From positions 7,657 to 71,656 of the forward strand of contig CAWIFB010000005.1 of the NCBI GenBank assembly GCA_963835335.1: a stretch of DNA of 64,000 bases, read 5' to 3'. This document shows positions 18,455 through 28,309 of this stretch, in pieces. Each line of letters starts with the position of its first letter. Position 1 is the stretch's first letter. The notes under the pieces are model-generated. The model was not told the origin of the DNA, searched no databases, and worked only from the letters and a program-made list of their open reading frames with translations. This DNA comes from an uncultured Chloroflexia bacterium. Lineage in GTDB: Bacteria; Chloroflexota; Limnocylindria; Limnocylindrales; CSP1-4. The translations under genes were made by a program, and so were the position numbers.

Positions 18455-19651
18455 TCAAGCGTCGAGCCCCCAGTTGGGGTCGAAATCGTGGCCGTTGCGC
18501 CACACGCCCCAGACGAGGCTGAGTGCCTTGCGCATGCAGTGGCCGAGGGCGTTCATCTTCGACTTGCCGGCGGCGCGCTTGCGGGCGTAGTGGGCGGCGA
18601 TGACCGGGTTGTGCTGGACCCCGACGACCGCCATCCGGTACGCCGCGGCCCGGAGGTGGCTGTTGCCCGCCTTGCTCATGTGCCAGGAGGTCTCGGGGTT
18701 CGCCCCCTTCCGGCCCGAGCTCCGTTCGGCCGGATGGACCCCGGCGAAGGCGAGCAGCTGGTCGAAGTCGCCGAACCGGTCGATGTCGCCGATCTCGGCG
18801 AGCAGGGTCGCGGCGATCGACGGGCCGACACCGGGGATGGTCTGCAGCCGGCGCGCGGTCTCACCGTCGAGGAGTCCCGCGACCCGCCGGTCGGCATCCT
18901 CGATCTGGCGCTCGAGCAGGTCGTACTGGTCGAGCAGGAGGCCGACCTCGAAGGCGACCTCGGGCTCGAGCTCGGGTACCGCGATCGAGTCGGCCGCGGC
19001 GGCCTGGAGCCGTTCCGCCTTGGCGACGCCAAGGCGCCGGTGACCCGGCCCTGCGTTGGCGTTGGCCAGGGTCGAGGTCCGTCGGCGGGCCGCGGCGCGT
19101 GCCGTCGGTGCGACGCGGAGCACCTCCCGCGCGGTCCGGCAGGTCGGGTCATCGAACAGCTCGCCGAGCTCCGGGAAGCCGAGCTCGACGAGCCGGATGA
19201 GGCGCTGGCAGACCTTCGCCTGCTCGGTCACCAGGGTCATCGCGAAGCGGGCGGCCTGGCGCAGCTCGACACCGGCCAGCGGATCGCGAGTGGGTGGCGT
19301 GTCGCGCATGGCCATCTCGGCGAGGCCCGGGCACGGCCGGATCCGACGTCTGCGAGCCAGCCGGCTCTTGGCAAAGTACTTCGCGGCGAGCGGGTTGACC
19401 ACGGCGACCGGGATCTCACGCCGTCGCAGATGGCTCGCGAGCGACATCCAGTAATGGCCCGACGACTCCATCGTCACGAGCGTGACCGCATCCGGCTGTC
19501 GCTCAAGCCAGCGGTCGAGGCTGGCAAAGCCAGCGCGGGTCTGGGCCACCCGCAGGATCTCCCGGTCGGCCCGCCCCTGTCCATCCCGACAGCGAGCCAC
19601 CGCGTGCATCTGTCCGCCGATGTCGATCCCGACAGTCACCATCCTGGGCAC
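18455..19651 (-). CDS. IS110-family transposase
   Basis: N-terminal VTVGIDIGG (DEDD/RuvC-like). C-terminal Transposase_20 block (IPGVGPSIAATLLAEIGDIDRFGDFDQLLAFAGVHPAERSSG). Confidence 0.9.
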   Translation of the reverse strand: MPRMVTVGIDIGGQMHAVARCRDGQGRADREILRVAQTRAGFASLDRWLERQPDAVTLVTMESSGHYWMSLASHLRRREIPVAVVNPLAAKYFAKSRLARRRRIRPCPGLAEMAMRDTPPTRDPLAGVELRQAARFAMTLVTEQAKVCQRLIRLVELGFPELGELFDDPTCRTAREVLRVAPTARAAARRRTSTLANANAGPGHRRLGVAKAERLQAAAADSIAVPELEPEVAFEVGLLLDQYDLLERQIEDADRRVAGLLDGETARRLQTIPGVGPSIAATLLAEIGDIDRFGDFDQLLAFAGVHPAERSSGRKGANPETSWHMSKAGNSHLRAAAYRMAVVGVQHNPVIAAHYARKRAAGKSKMNALGHCMRKALSLVWGVWRNGHDFDPNWGLDA

Positions 19652-19820
19652 GCTCCTTCCACGGACCCAAGGGGTGCCCGCTCACCCCGGTCGACGTCAG
19701 CTGATGGTTCCGATCACCGGTCGATGCCGCAGGATCCCGATCACCGTTCACGACCGGATGTCGGGGGCCGGACACTAACGCCAACGGTCATCTGCCGGAT
19801 AGCATCGCGCCGGTCTCCCC

Positions 19821-19850
19821 GTGGAGGTCGACGCCATCATTGACCTCCAC
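19821..19850 (-). terminator. 9-bp hairpin 48 nt downstream of the surface-protein stop
   Basis: GTGGAGGTC-N12-GACCTCCAC. There is no clear U-tract. Confidence 0.35.
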
Positions 19851-19897
19851 AAGGTTCTATATCAGCGTCGATGTCTGCCGGTGAAGGCTGGGCTCGA

Positions 19898-22800
19898 TTA
19901 CGGACTCAAGACGGCCACGACGGTGCCGGTTCCGAAGGTGGGGCCAGCCTTCACGAGCACGATCCCAACGATGTCGCCTGAGATCGCCGACCCGTTCTTG
20001 GAAACGGAGCTCGTCACGATCACGGCCATGTACTGGGGCACGCTGTCTGGTGGCTGCGCACCGCCACCGGGGGCGGTGCTCCAAGTTCCGCCGACCACAG
20101 GGCCGTCATCACCAAAGGCTGCAGCGAACCCCTTGAAGCTTGCGGGAGCTGACCCACCGCTCAAGGTATTGGCTTGCCACCACTTCGGGCTCCACCACGT
20201 GACCGTGGCTCCGACCTGGGCGTCCTGATCGCCGATGACGAATGCACCGCGCTCGAGGAAACCCGCATTGAACGTGTTGGTGATCGAGCAGCTGACGGTG
20301 TCGCCGGCGGCGAGCACCAGGCTGGCCCCGGTGAGGGTGCCGCCGTCGCACGCCCAGTCGCCCGGCGTGTAGCCGGTGGGGCCACCCGTTTCGGCGAGGG
20401 TGTAGGTACCGGCGCCGACCGCGGCAGCGGTGATGGCCGGGTCACCGGAGGCACCCGAGATCGTGTCCGGCCCGGTCGCGCTGAGGGTCCAGTCGGTCGC
20501 CGCGGCGGTCCCGCCGCCGGTGTTGTCGACGATCTTGGTCAGGGTCAGGTGGGCGGGCTCGGGCGGGATGAACGTGTTGGTGATCGAGCAGCTGACGGTG
20601 TCGCCGGCGGCGAGCACCAGGCTGGCCCCGGTGAGGGTGCCGCCGTCGCACGCCCAGTCGCCCGGCGTGTAGCCGGTGGGGCCACCCGTTTCGGCGAGGG
20701 TGTAGGTACCGGCGCCGACCGCGGCAGCGGTGATGGCCGGGTCACCGGAGGCACCCGAGATCGTGTCCGGCCCGGTCGCGCTGAGGGTCCAGTCGGTCGC
20801 CGCGGCGGTCCCGCCGCCGGTGTTGTCGACGATCTTGGTCAGGGTCAGGTGGGCGGGCTCGGGCGGGATGAACGTGTTGGTGATCGAGCAGCTGACGGTG
20901 TCGCCGGCGGCGAGCACCAGGCTGGCCCCGGTGAGGGTGCCGCCGTCGCACGCCCAGTCGCCCGGCGTGTAGCCGGTGGGGCCACCCGTTTCGGCGAGGG
21001 TGTAGGTACCGGCGCCGACCGCGGCAGCGGTGATGGCCGGGTCACCGGAGGCACCCGAGATCGTGTCCGGCCCGGTCGCGCTGAGGGTCCAGTCGGTCGC
21101 CGCGGCGGTCCCGCCGCCGGTGTTGTCGACGATCTTGGTCAGGGTCAGGTGGGCGGGCTCGGGCGGGATGAACGTGTTGGTGATCGAGCAGCTGACGGTG
21201 TCGCCGGCGGCGAGCACCAGGCTGGCCCCGGTGAGGGTGCCGCCGTCGCACGCCCAGTCGCCCGGCGTGTAGCCGGTGGGGCCACCCGTTTCGGCGAGGG
21301 TGTAGGTACCGGCGCCGACCGCGGCAGCGGTGATGGCCGGGTCACCGGAGGCACCCGAGATCGTGTCCGGCCCGGTCGCGCTGAGGGTCCAGTCGGTCGC
21401 CGCGGCGGTCCCGCCGCCGGTGTTGTCGACGATCTTGGTCAGGGTCAGGTGGGCGGGCTCGGGCGGGATGAACGTGTTGGTGATCGAGCAGCTGACGGTG
21501 TCGCCGGCGGCGAGCACCAGGCTGGCCCCGGTGAGGGTGCCGCCGTCGCACGCCCAGTCGCCCGGCGTGTAGCCGGTGGGGCCACCCGTTTCGGCGAGGG
21601 TGTAGGTACCGGCGCCGACCGCGGCAGCGGTGATGGCCGGGTCACCGGAGGCACCCGAGATCGTGTCCGGCCCGGTCGCGCTGAGGGTCCAGTCGGTCGC
21701 CGCGGCGGTCCCGCCGCCGGTGTTGTCGACGATCTTGGTCAGGGTCAGGTGGGCGGGCTCGGGCGGGATGAACGTGTTGGTGATCGAGCAGCTGACGGTG
21801 TCGCCGGCGGCGAGCACCAGGCTGGCCCCGGTGAGGGTGCCGCCGTCGCACGCCCAGTCGCCCGGCGTGTAGCCGGTGGGGCCACCCGTTTCGGCGAGGG
21901 TGTAGGTACCGGCGCCGACCGCGGCAGCGGTGATGGCCGGGTCACCGGAGGCACCCGAGATCGTGTCCGGCCCGGTCGCGCTGAGGGTCCAGTCGGTCGC
22001 CGCGGCGGTCCCGCCGCCGGTGTTGTCGACGATCTTGGTCAGGGTCAGGTGGGCGGGCTCGGGCGGGATGAACGTGTTGGTGATCGAGCAGCTGACGGTG
22101 TCGCCGGCGGCGAGCACCAGGCTGGCCCCGGTGAGGGTGCCGCCGTCGCACGCCCAGTCGCCCGGCGTGTAGCCGGTGGGGCCACCCGTTTCGGCGAGGG
22201 TGTAGGTACCGGCGCCGACCGCGGCAGCGGTGATGGCCGGGTCACCGGAGGCACCCGAGATCGTGTCCGGCCCGGTCGCGCTGAGGGTCCAGTCGGTCGC
22301 CGCGGCGGTCCCGCCGCCGGTGTTGTCGACGATCTTGGTCAGGGTCAGGTGGGCGGGCTCGGGCGGGATGAACGTGTTGGTGATCGAGCAGCTGACGGTG
22401 TCGCCGGCGGCGAGCACCAGGCTGGCCCCGGTGAGGGTGCCGCCGTCGCACGCCCAGTCGCCCGGCGTGTAGCCGGTGGGGCCACCCGTTTCGGCGAGGG
22501 TGTAGGTACCGGCGCCGACCGCGGCAGCGGTGATGGCCGGGTCACCGGAGGCACCCGAGATCGTGTCCGGCCCGGTCGCGCTGAGGGTCCAGTCGGTCGC
22601 CGCGGCGGTCCCGCCGCCGGTGTTGTCGACGATCTTGGTCAGGGTCAGGTGGGCGGGCTCAACCACAGTCACCGGAGCCGTGGGGCCTGTTCCGATGACC
22701 GTATATGGGCTCTCAGCTGTTGCCGCGGCCTGGTTCATGTATGGGCCGGGTGTTGTCGAGACGGTCACGCTGAACGTCAGGGACGCGGTCCCTCCTGGCG

Positions 22801-24182
22801 CGACAGCGAACGATCCAGCCCAGGTAAGCACCTGGCTCGCAACGTTTGGATCGGCCGTCGTCGCACCCGACGATGAGCCGGGAACGTAGGTGAACCCGAC
22901 GGGCAGCGTGTCGGTTATGGCGGTCAGGTTCGCCGAAGACGAGTTCGGGTTGCTGACGGTGATCGTGTAGGTGTCGGTCGAGCCTGCGTCTACGGTTGCC
23001 TCACCGGCGACCTTGGCAGTGGTCAGCGGGACCACGCCGAGTGGCGAGAATACCGTGAGGTGTGATCGAGTGACCGAGCCGCCTGCCGGAACCGTTGCCT
23101 GCCAGCTGATTCCCCGCAGCGTTGTCGATGTAGTTGGCGCACTCGGCACAGACATCCGCGAAAGGCGCCTGCGTGCCAATCGCGGCCCACATGTCATCGT
23201 AGTGCGCCTCGAGGTACGAGCTCCCACTCGAGAGTGGATACCACTGCTCGATCCGCGTGCCCGGAACCGTCCCGCCGCTGCCATCGTCCACCCCCGCAAC
23301 GCAGCTGACTGCCCGGGTTGCTGGATCGGCGGTTCCGAAGCCAAAGTCGGAGTTCTGAAGGTAACAGTCGCCAGCGCGGTAAAGGACCACATCCTGCGGG
23401 CTTCCGCCGGTGTTGGCGATCGATACGTCTGTGCGATAGGTCTCCTGGCCGACGACGTAGCTGTCGGTTTCGGTCAGGCGGAGGCCCGTCGAGCCTAGGT
23501 CGACGACCGTCACCATCGTGTACGGGTCACCGTCGGTGCCACTACCCGCGACCGCGGACTGGCTCACCGGGGTGAACGCCTCGTACGGGGACGCGGACCC
23601 GCCGGCAGGGATGTCCGCCGGCCGGTAGAGCGTCCCGCCGACCGCTACGAGGGTACCGCAGGCGGTATCACCGTAGAACTCGGGGTCGATGTCCCCAGCG
23701 TGGTTGACCGCACAGTTCAGGTCAGGCGAGATCGCCACGCGGGTCAGGGGACCGCTCGAGATGATCTCCGCTGGCCCCGGGAGCACGTCAATCGTGAAGG
23801 TCGCCGTGTTGGAGTCCGACGTGCCGTCGTTCGCCTTCCAGGAGAAGCTGTCCGGGCCCGAGTAGCCGAGATCCGGCGTATATGTACAGGCTCCGAACGT
23901 ACAGTCATCAAGGGCCCCGTGGTTCGGGCCGGAGACGATCGCGAACGTCAGGTCATCGACCTCGGGATCGGTCGCGTCCAGGAAGATGAAGAGTTGCTCG
24001 TCCTGCTGCGTCTGGTCCGTCTGGTCGGAGGCCGTGGGCGGGTCACCGCTTGCGAGGGCTGCCCCCGACAGCGTCGCGGTCAGAACAATCAGCAACACGG
24101 TTGCCGCCCCGACCGATCGACGCGTTCGCCACCTGCCCAGCGTCCATTCGTGATTACCGGACGCGCTGATCAGCGACATCAC
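19898..24182 (-). pseudogene. giant secreted surface protein (about 1428 aa if repaired), interrupted by one +1 frameshift. Domain order: signal peptide, cadherin/Ig-like domain, DUF11-like domain, eight prealbumin-fold repeats, C-terminal domain.
   Basis: ORF 23001-24182 carries the signal peptide and ends ...CANYIDNAAG. ORF 19898-23392 continues ISWQATVPAGG... in the +1 frame across a C4 run (23112-23115). Total length is 3n+1. The repeats resemble the LTxTKxVxNDxGGTA...GTYTxxE...GYT...C...GDTVxCxITN modules of actinobacterial SpaA/Cna-B-like proteins. No LPXTG motif is seen. Confidence 0.8.
20269..22660 (-). repeat. 7.97 copies of a 300-bp tandem repeat, nucleotide-identical by inspection (coding, 100 aa each)
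   Basis: Sequence lines recur exactly with period 300 from 20269 to 22660. The ORF track shows identical antisense mini-ORFs every 300 nt. Confidence 0.95.
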
Positions 24183-24371
24183 GCCACCCTCCTACTCGCG
24201 AGCGGTCCCGGGGATGGGGACCCACTTGCTGCGCTCCCACTGGCGAGAAGACTTGACTCTAGACACCGCGTCAAGTTCATGCCCAACGCAAGCGAGTCGA
24301 GCCTGGATTCCGGTGCATTGGTGCACCACCAAATGATTGGATGTCGCGGGACCGCCAGCCCCACGGCATGA

Positions 24372-24686
24372 CCGCGAACTCGCGTTCGATCCTGCCTCCG
24401 GGAGGACGGCTTCTCGATCGAGCTGGCGGCGCACGCGTACTCCGCGATCGACAGTCACATCTACGGCTTCGCGCTGCAGCAGCGGTCGATGCCGATGGAC
24501 ACGCTGGAGCAGGCGGCGGCGGCCGCCGCATACTTCCTCCGGCAGCTGCCCGCCGACCGGTATCCGTACCTGGCCGAGCTGACGGTCGAGCATGTGCTCC
24601 AGCCCGGGTACGACTACGCCGAGGAATTCGAGTTCGGGCTCGACCTGATCCTCGACGGCCTCGAGCGAGCCCGGCGCAGCGCCTGA
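24372..24686 (+). pseudogene. TetR-family regulator remnant (C-terminal ligand domain only)
   Basis: In-frame translation ...[35 protein letters not shown]...[36 protein letters not shown] matches a TetR_C-type domain. A stop at 24369 precedes it and no intact HTH lies upstream. Confidence 0.55.
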
Positions 24687-24703
24687 CGAAGCCCCGCCCG
24701 AGA

Positions 24704-26290
24704 TCAGCCCAGCGTGCCGTTCGGCTGCACCGACACGATCATCCACCGGTCCCCGAGCGCCCGCCGCACCGCGAACGTGAGCGCGAACGGCGACGTCTGC
24801 CGGTCGACCAGCGCCCCGCTCGCGTCGTAGGTCTCCTCGGTCAGCGTGCCCGTTGACTCGAACCCGATGCTGCCGCCCGTCTGCACCCCGAACGGCGCGA
24901 TGACGATGACGTGGACCGAGTCGAAGCGGTAGTGCGCGACCGTCGTCCGGCCCGACGTCACGGCGTCCTCGAGCCGGCCCTGCATCTCCTTGAGCCGGTC
25001 CCCGTGATCCACGGCAGTGAGGATGTCCGGGTCCGATCGCAGCAGGGCCTGGTTCTCGAGCTCGAGGTCCTCGCCCAGCGTGACCAGGATCCCCTGCGCG
25101 ACCGGAGCGGCGATGGTCTCGTCCCACGCCGGGACGTCGACCGTGATCACGGGCAGCGTGGCCGGATCGATGGCATGCGGCACGCCGCTGAGCAGCTCGC
25201 CGGTGTCGGGCGACGCCGGCTCGCGGGCGGGCGTCCCCGCAGCAACGATCCCGACCCCCAGCGCCAGGACGACGACGGCGATGAGCCCGGCGCGCAGGAC
25301 GCGCCCGGCAAGACCGATGCCCGCACCCGACCCCTGGACCAGCCGCCTCGCGAACGGGCGGAGCTGATCCGCGGCAGAGCGCGGCTCGGGCAGCACGCGA
25401 TCGAGGAGCGGACGAACCGCGCACACGAGCACGAGGCCCGCGAGCAGGCCCACCTTGGTGCCGAACTCGTTGGTCTGCGGTGCGATGAGGAGCGTGCTCG
25501 CGGCGGCGACCAGGACGCCGAACAGGACGCGCCCGACGCGGCTCGCCGGCACGGTCTTGGGGTCCGTGATCATGAACAGCAGGAAGATCAGGACCTCGGG
25601 TGAGGTGAGGATGACGCGCACGAAGTCGCCGCCGCACACCGGTGCGAACGCCCAGTTGGCGGTCATGCAATGGCCCGAGGCGGCGAGCAGCCCGACGCCG
25701 GCCGCGAGCGCGACCCAGAAGGCCGCGGCCATCAGGAGCAGGTGCAGCCGGCGCGTGATCAGCAGCCCGCCGATCAGGATCACCGCATAGGCCGCCAGCA
25801 TCCAGGCATCGAGCGGCGCCCACCAGAAGTCGAGCGGCTCCACGCGCCCGCTGCCCAGGACCACGAACGCCACGACCAGCCCGAGGTTGGACGGGTTGAA
25901 CACGTGCGAGCCGCGATAGCGGATGACGTACTTGGACAGCAGCGACAGCCCGGCAACGGCGGCGAACACCCACCAGTCGTTGGTGGCCCAGGGGCTGTCG
26001 AGCGGCGTCCCGACGACGCGCAGGATGAGCGCGACGCCGCTCCCCGTGAGCATCGCGCTGGCCGGCCACACGAATGATCGGCTGAGCCTGAACGTCAGCA
26101 CGACCTCGATCACGGCGCAGGTCAGGATCGCGGCCAGGATCTGGGGCACGCTGACCCGGAAGTGCAGCCCCACCTGCCCCAGGACGTGGATCGTGATGAT
26201 GACCGCGGCGACGTGCAGGCGGGGATCGCGGATCGTGGGCAGGACGAGGGGGTAGCTCGTCCCGCCGAAGGTGAGCGTCCGGCTCGTCAA
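24704..26290 (-). CDS. polytopic membrane protein with C-terminal extracytoplasmic domain (N-terminal part weakly RnfD/NqrB-like)
   Basis: About 9-10 hydrophobic helices. The motif SHVFNPSNLG is reminiscent of the RnfD/NqrB FNPA motif. The soluble C-terminal ~170 aa have no recognised family. Confidence 0.65.
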   Translation of the reverse strand: MTSRTLTFGGTSYPLVLPTIRDPRLHVAAVIITIHVLGQVGLHFRVSVPQILAAILTCAVIEVVLTFRLSRSFVWPASAMLTGSGVALILRVVGTPLDSPWATNDWWVFAAVAGLSLLSKYVIRYRGSHVFNPSNLGLVVAFVVLGSGRVEPLDFWWAPLDAWMLAAYAVILIGGLLITRRLHLLLMAAAFWVALAAGVGLLAASGHCMTANWAFAPVCGGDFVRVILTSPEVLIFLLFMITDPKTVPASRVGRVLFGVLVAAASTLLIAPQTNEFGTKVGLLAGLVLVCAVRPLLDRVLPEPRSAADQLRPFARRLVQGSGAGIGLAGRVLRAGLIAVVVLALGVGIVAAGTPAREPASPDTGELLSGVPHAIDPATLPVITVDVPAWDETIAAPVAQGILVTLGEDLELENQALLRSDPDILTAVDHGDRLKEMQGRLEDAVTSGRTTVAHYRFDSVHVIVIAPFGVQTGGSIGFESTGTLTEETYDASGALVDRQTSPFALTFAVRRALGDRWMIVSVQPNGTLG

Positions 26291-26317
26291 TTCGTCTCCC
26301 GAGCGTGAGCCGATGCG

Positions 26318-26908
26318 CTAGCTGTACCCGTGGACCGCGATCTCCGCGGCCCGACCGCGATATGCGTCCGGGCTCGGCGCTGTCCTGGCGCGAAGGCCGT
26401 CGACCATCCGGTTGTACATCGAGAAGCCCGCCGAGATGAGGACCGCGAGCTGCACGTCGGCGTCGGTTGCCCCCGCCTCGATCGCTGCGTCGGTGTCAGC
26501 CGCCGTCAGGTCGCGGGCCTCGCCTCGCACCGTTCGCGCGATGTGGAGCAGCGCCCGCATCTTGTCGCTGAAGCCCTCGGACGACCCGGTCTTGAGCTCA
26601 TCGATGAGGGGCAGGCCGTCCAGCGCACCCGTCAGCTCGAGCAACGCGCTCGCGTGTGCGCCGTGCGAGTCCATGCAGAAGAAGCAGTCATTGGCCGCCG
26701 AGACGGCCGTCGCGAGCATCTCCCGGTCGGCCCGGGTGAGCGTGGTGCCCGGGTAGTCGTTGACCAGGAGCTCGTCGGCGAGGCCGCGCAGGTGCGTCCC
26801 GAGACCCGGCGTCAGCTGGATCGCCGCGACGATCCCCGGGACGTCGGGCAGCCCGCCCACGATCGGCCCTTCCCGCGAACGCGTCAGGCGTTCCTCATCT
26901 CGTGCCAT
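26318..26908 (-). CDS. carboxymuconolactone decarboxylase / AhpD-like peroxidase-related protein
   Basis: CxxC-type motif (NDCFFCMDSHGAH) in an all-helical context. Start at the internal ATG at 26908. Confidence 0.75.
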   Translation of the reverse strand: MARDEERLTRSREGPIVGGLPDVPGIVAAIQLTPGLGTHLRGLADELLVNDYPGTTLTRADREMLATAVSAANDCFFCMDSHGAHASALLELTGALDGLPLIDELKTGSSEGFSDKMRALLHIARTVRGEARDLTAADTDAAIEAGATDADVQLAVLISAGFSMYNRMVDGLRARTAPSPDAYRGRAAEIAVHGYS

Positions 26909-27044
26909 GGCAGCTGTCTCCGTGCGTTGCGCCTCGCCGGGAGCGAGTATGCCGCACCGCCCGTGGGCAGGGAGGCGAGCGTAGACTCGTGGTGCGCCCC
27001 ACCGGCGATGTGCCGGCCGTTCCCGAGCACCGAGGAAGGGCCTG

Positions 27045-28208
27045 ATGGCTATGGCGAGCAATCGCGAGCGCATGGCGGCGACGCTCGCCGGGGAGCGCCC
27101 CGACTACATCCCGTTCTGGAACATCGGGTTCAACACCGAGGCAGATGCCCGCCGGCTCGTGCCACCCGAGCTCGTTCCGGAAGACCTCTACTACATCCCC
27201 CCGGACGGCGTGTACGGCTTCGCGGCACACGAGCCCGCGGAGCTGGACACCGTGATCCGCTACAACCGCTTCACCGACCAGGTCGCCACCGGGGTCGGCC
27301 GGGGCGCGAACTTCTGCTTCGGGCACGCGGGGCCGGGCGAGTTCAACAGCCGGGTCGTGGATCGTTCACCGGGCTCGTTCGTGGTCGAGTACGAGACCGG
27401 AGCCCGGGACCTTCACAACATCACGCCCCAGTACAAGCACCAGCTCGCCCGCCCGGTCACGACGCTCGACGACCTCGACCGGCTCGAGCTGCCCGATCCG
27501 GACGACCCGGCCCGGTGGGAGGGCTTCGCGGCCGACGTGGCGTACCTCAAGGCCGCCGGCGAGTACACGGTCGGCTGGGTCAACGGGTACTTCTCCGGGG
27601 GCCACTACTTCTTCTGCGACTACCAGGACTGGCTCGCGAACCTGCTCCTCGAACCCGAGCTCGCCGAGCGACTGCTCGCACGCCTCGGCGACTGGAACCT
27701 GCGGGCGGCCCGCCACATGCTGGAGGCCGGGGTCGACTGCATCGGGTTCTGCGACGACCTCGGAGCGAGCGCGAACCTGCTCATCAGCCCGGCGCTCTAC
27801 CGGCGGTCCTTCCTGCCCTGGCACCAGGCCCTGGCCGAGGAGGTCCACGCCGCGGGTGGCGTGCTCCACATGCACTGCCACGGCAACATCAACGCCATCC
27901 TCGACGACATCGTCGGGACCGGGGTGGACATGCTCAACCCCCTTGACCGCACCGACGGGATGGACCTGGGCACGATCCGGGAGCGGCATCCGCGGCTGAC
28001 CCTCGTCGGCGGCGGGATCGACAAGTTCCTGTACGAGCGGGGGCTCGACGAGATCGAGGCAGGGCTGCGCCAGTCCGTCGAGATCGCCGGCAACCGGGGC
28101 CGCTTCGTGTTCATGGACGGGGGCGGCGTGCCCGAGGGGATCGAGCGCGAGCGGTACCTCGCGGTCCAGCAGGTCAGCCGCCGGGTGCGGGGCCAGCCGG
28201 ACAGCTAG
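27045..28208 (+). CDS. uroporphyrinogen decarboxylase (URO-D) family protein
   Basis: C-terminal blocks (FCDDLGASANLLISPALYRRSFLPW, HMHCHGNINAILDDIVGTGVDMLNPLD) are typical of URO-D/MtaA-like TIM barrels. Confidence 0.75.
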   Translation: MAMASNRERMAATLAGERPDYIPFWNIGFNTEADARRLVPPELVPEDLYYIPPDGVYGFAAHEPAELDTVIRYNRFTDQVATGVGRGANFCFGHAGPGEFNSRVVDRSPGSFVVEYETGARDLHNITPQYKHQLARPVTTLDDLDRLELPDPDDPARWEGFAADVAYLKAAGEYTVGWVNGYFSGGHYFFCDYQDWLANLLLEPELAERLLARLGDWNLRAARHMLEAGVDCIGFCDDLGASANLLISPALYRRSFLPWHQALAEEVHAAGGVLHMHCHGNINAILDDIVGTGVDMLNPLDRTDGMDLGTIRERHPRLTLVGGGIDKFLYERGLDEIEAGLRQSVEIAGNRGRFVFMDGGGVPEGIERERYLAVQQVSRRVRGQPDS

Positions 28209-28309
28209 ACGATCTCGGCGGCGCTCGATGCCGGTCTGCGGCGCCGGGGACCGTCCCGGCCCGACGTCCATGCCCGCGAGCGTGCCCGTGCCCGCGAGCG
28301 CGACAACGC

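Larger units (their letters stand above)
18348..19815 (-). mobile_element. IS110-family insertion sequence (boundaries approximate)
   Basis: A single DEDD-type transposase ORF with about 100 nt of flanking non-coding DNA on one side and about 165 nt on the other. No obvious terminal inverted repeats, which is usual for IS110. The left limit is inferred from where the GNAT remnant homology ends. Confidence 0.55.

Noticed and set aside
20269-22660. The regular 300-bp periodic repeats as a possible CRISPR array or satellite.
   Set aside because: The units are contiguous with no unique spacers, are 300 bp long and lie in frame within one long coding sequence. No cas genes are present.
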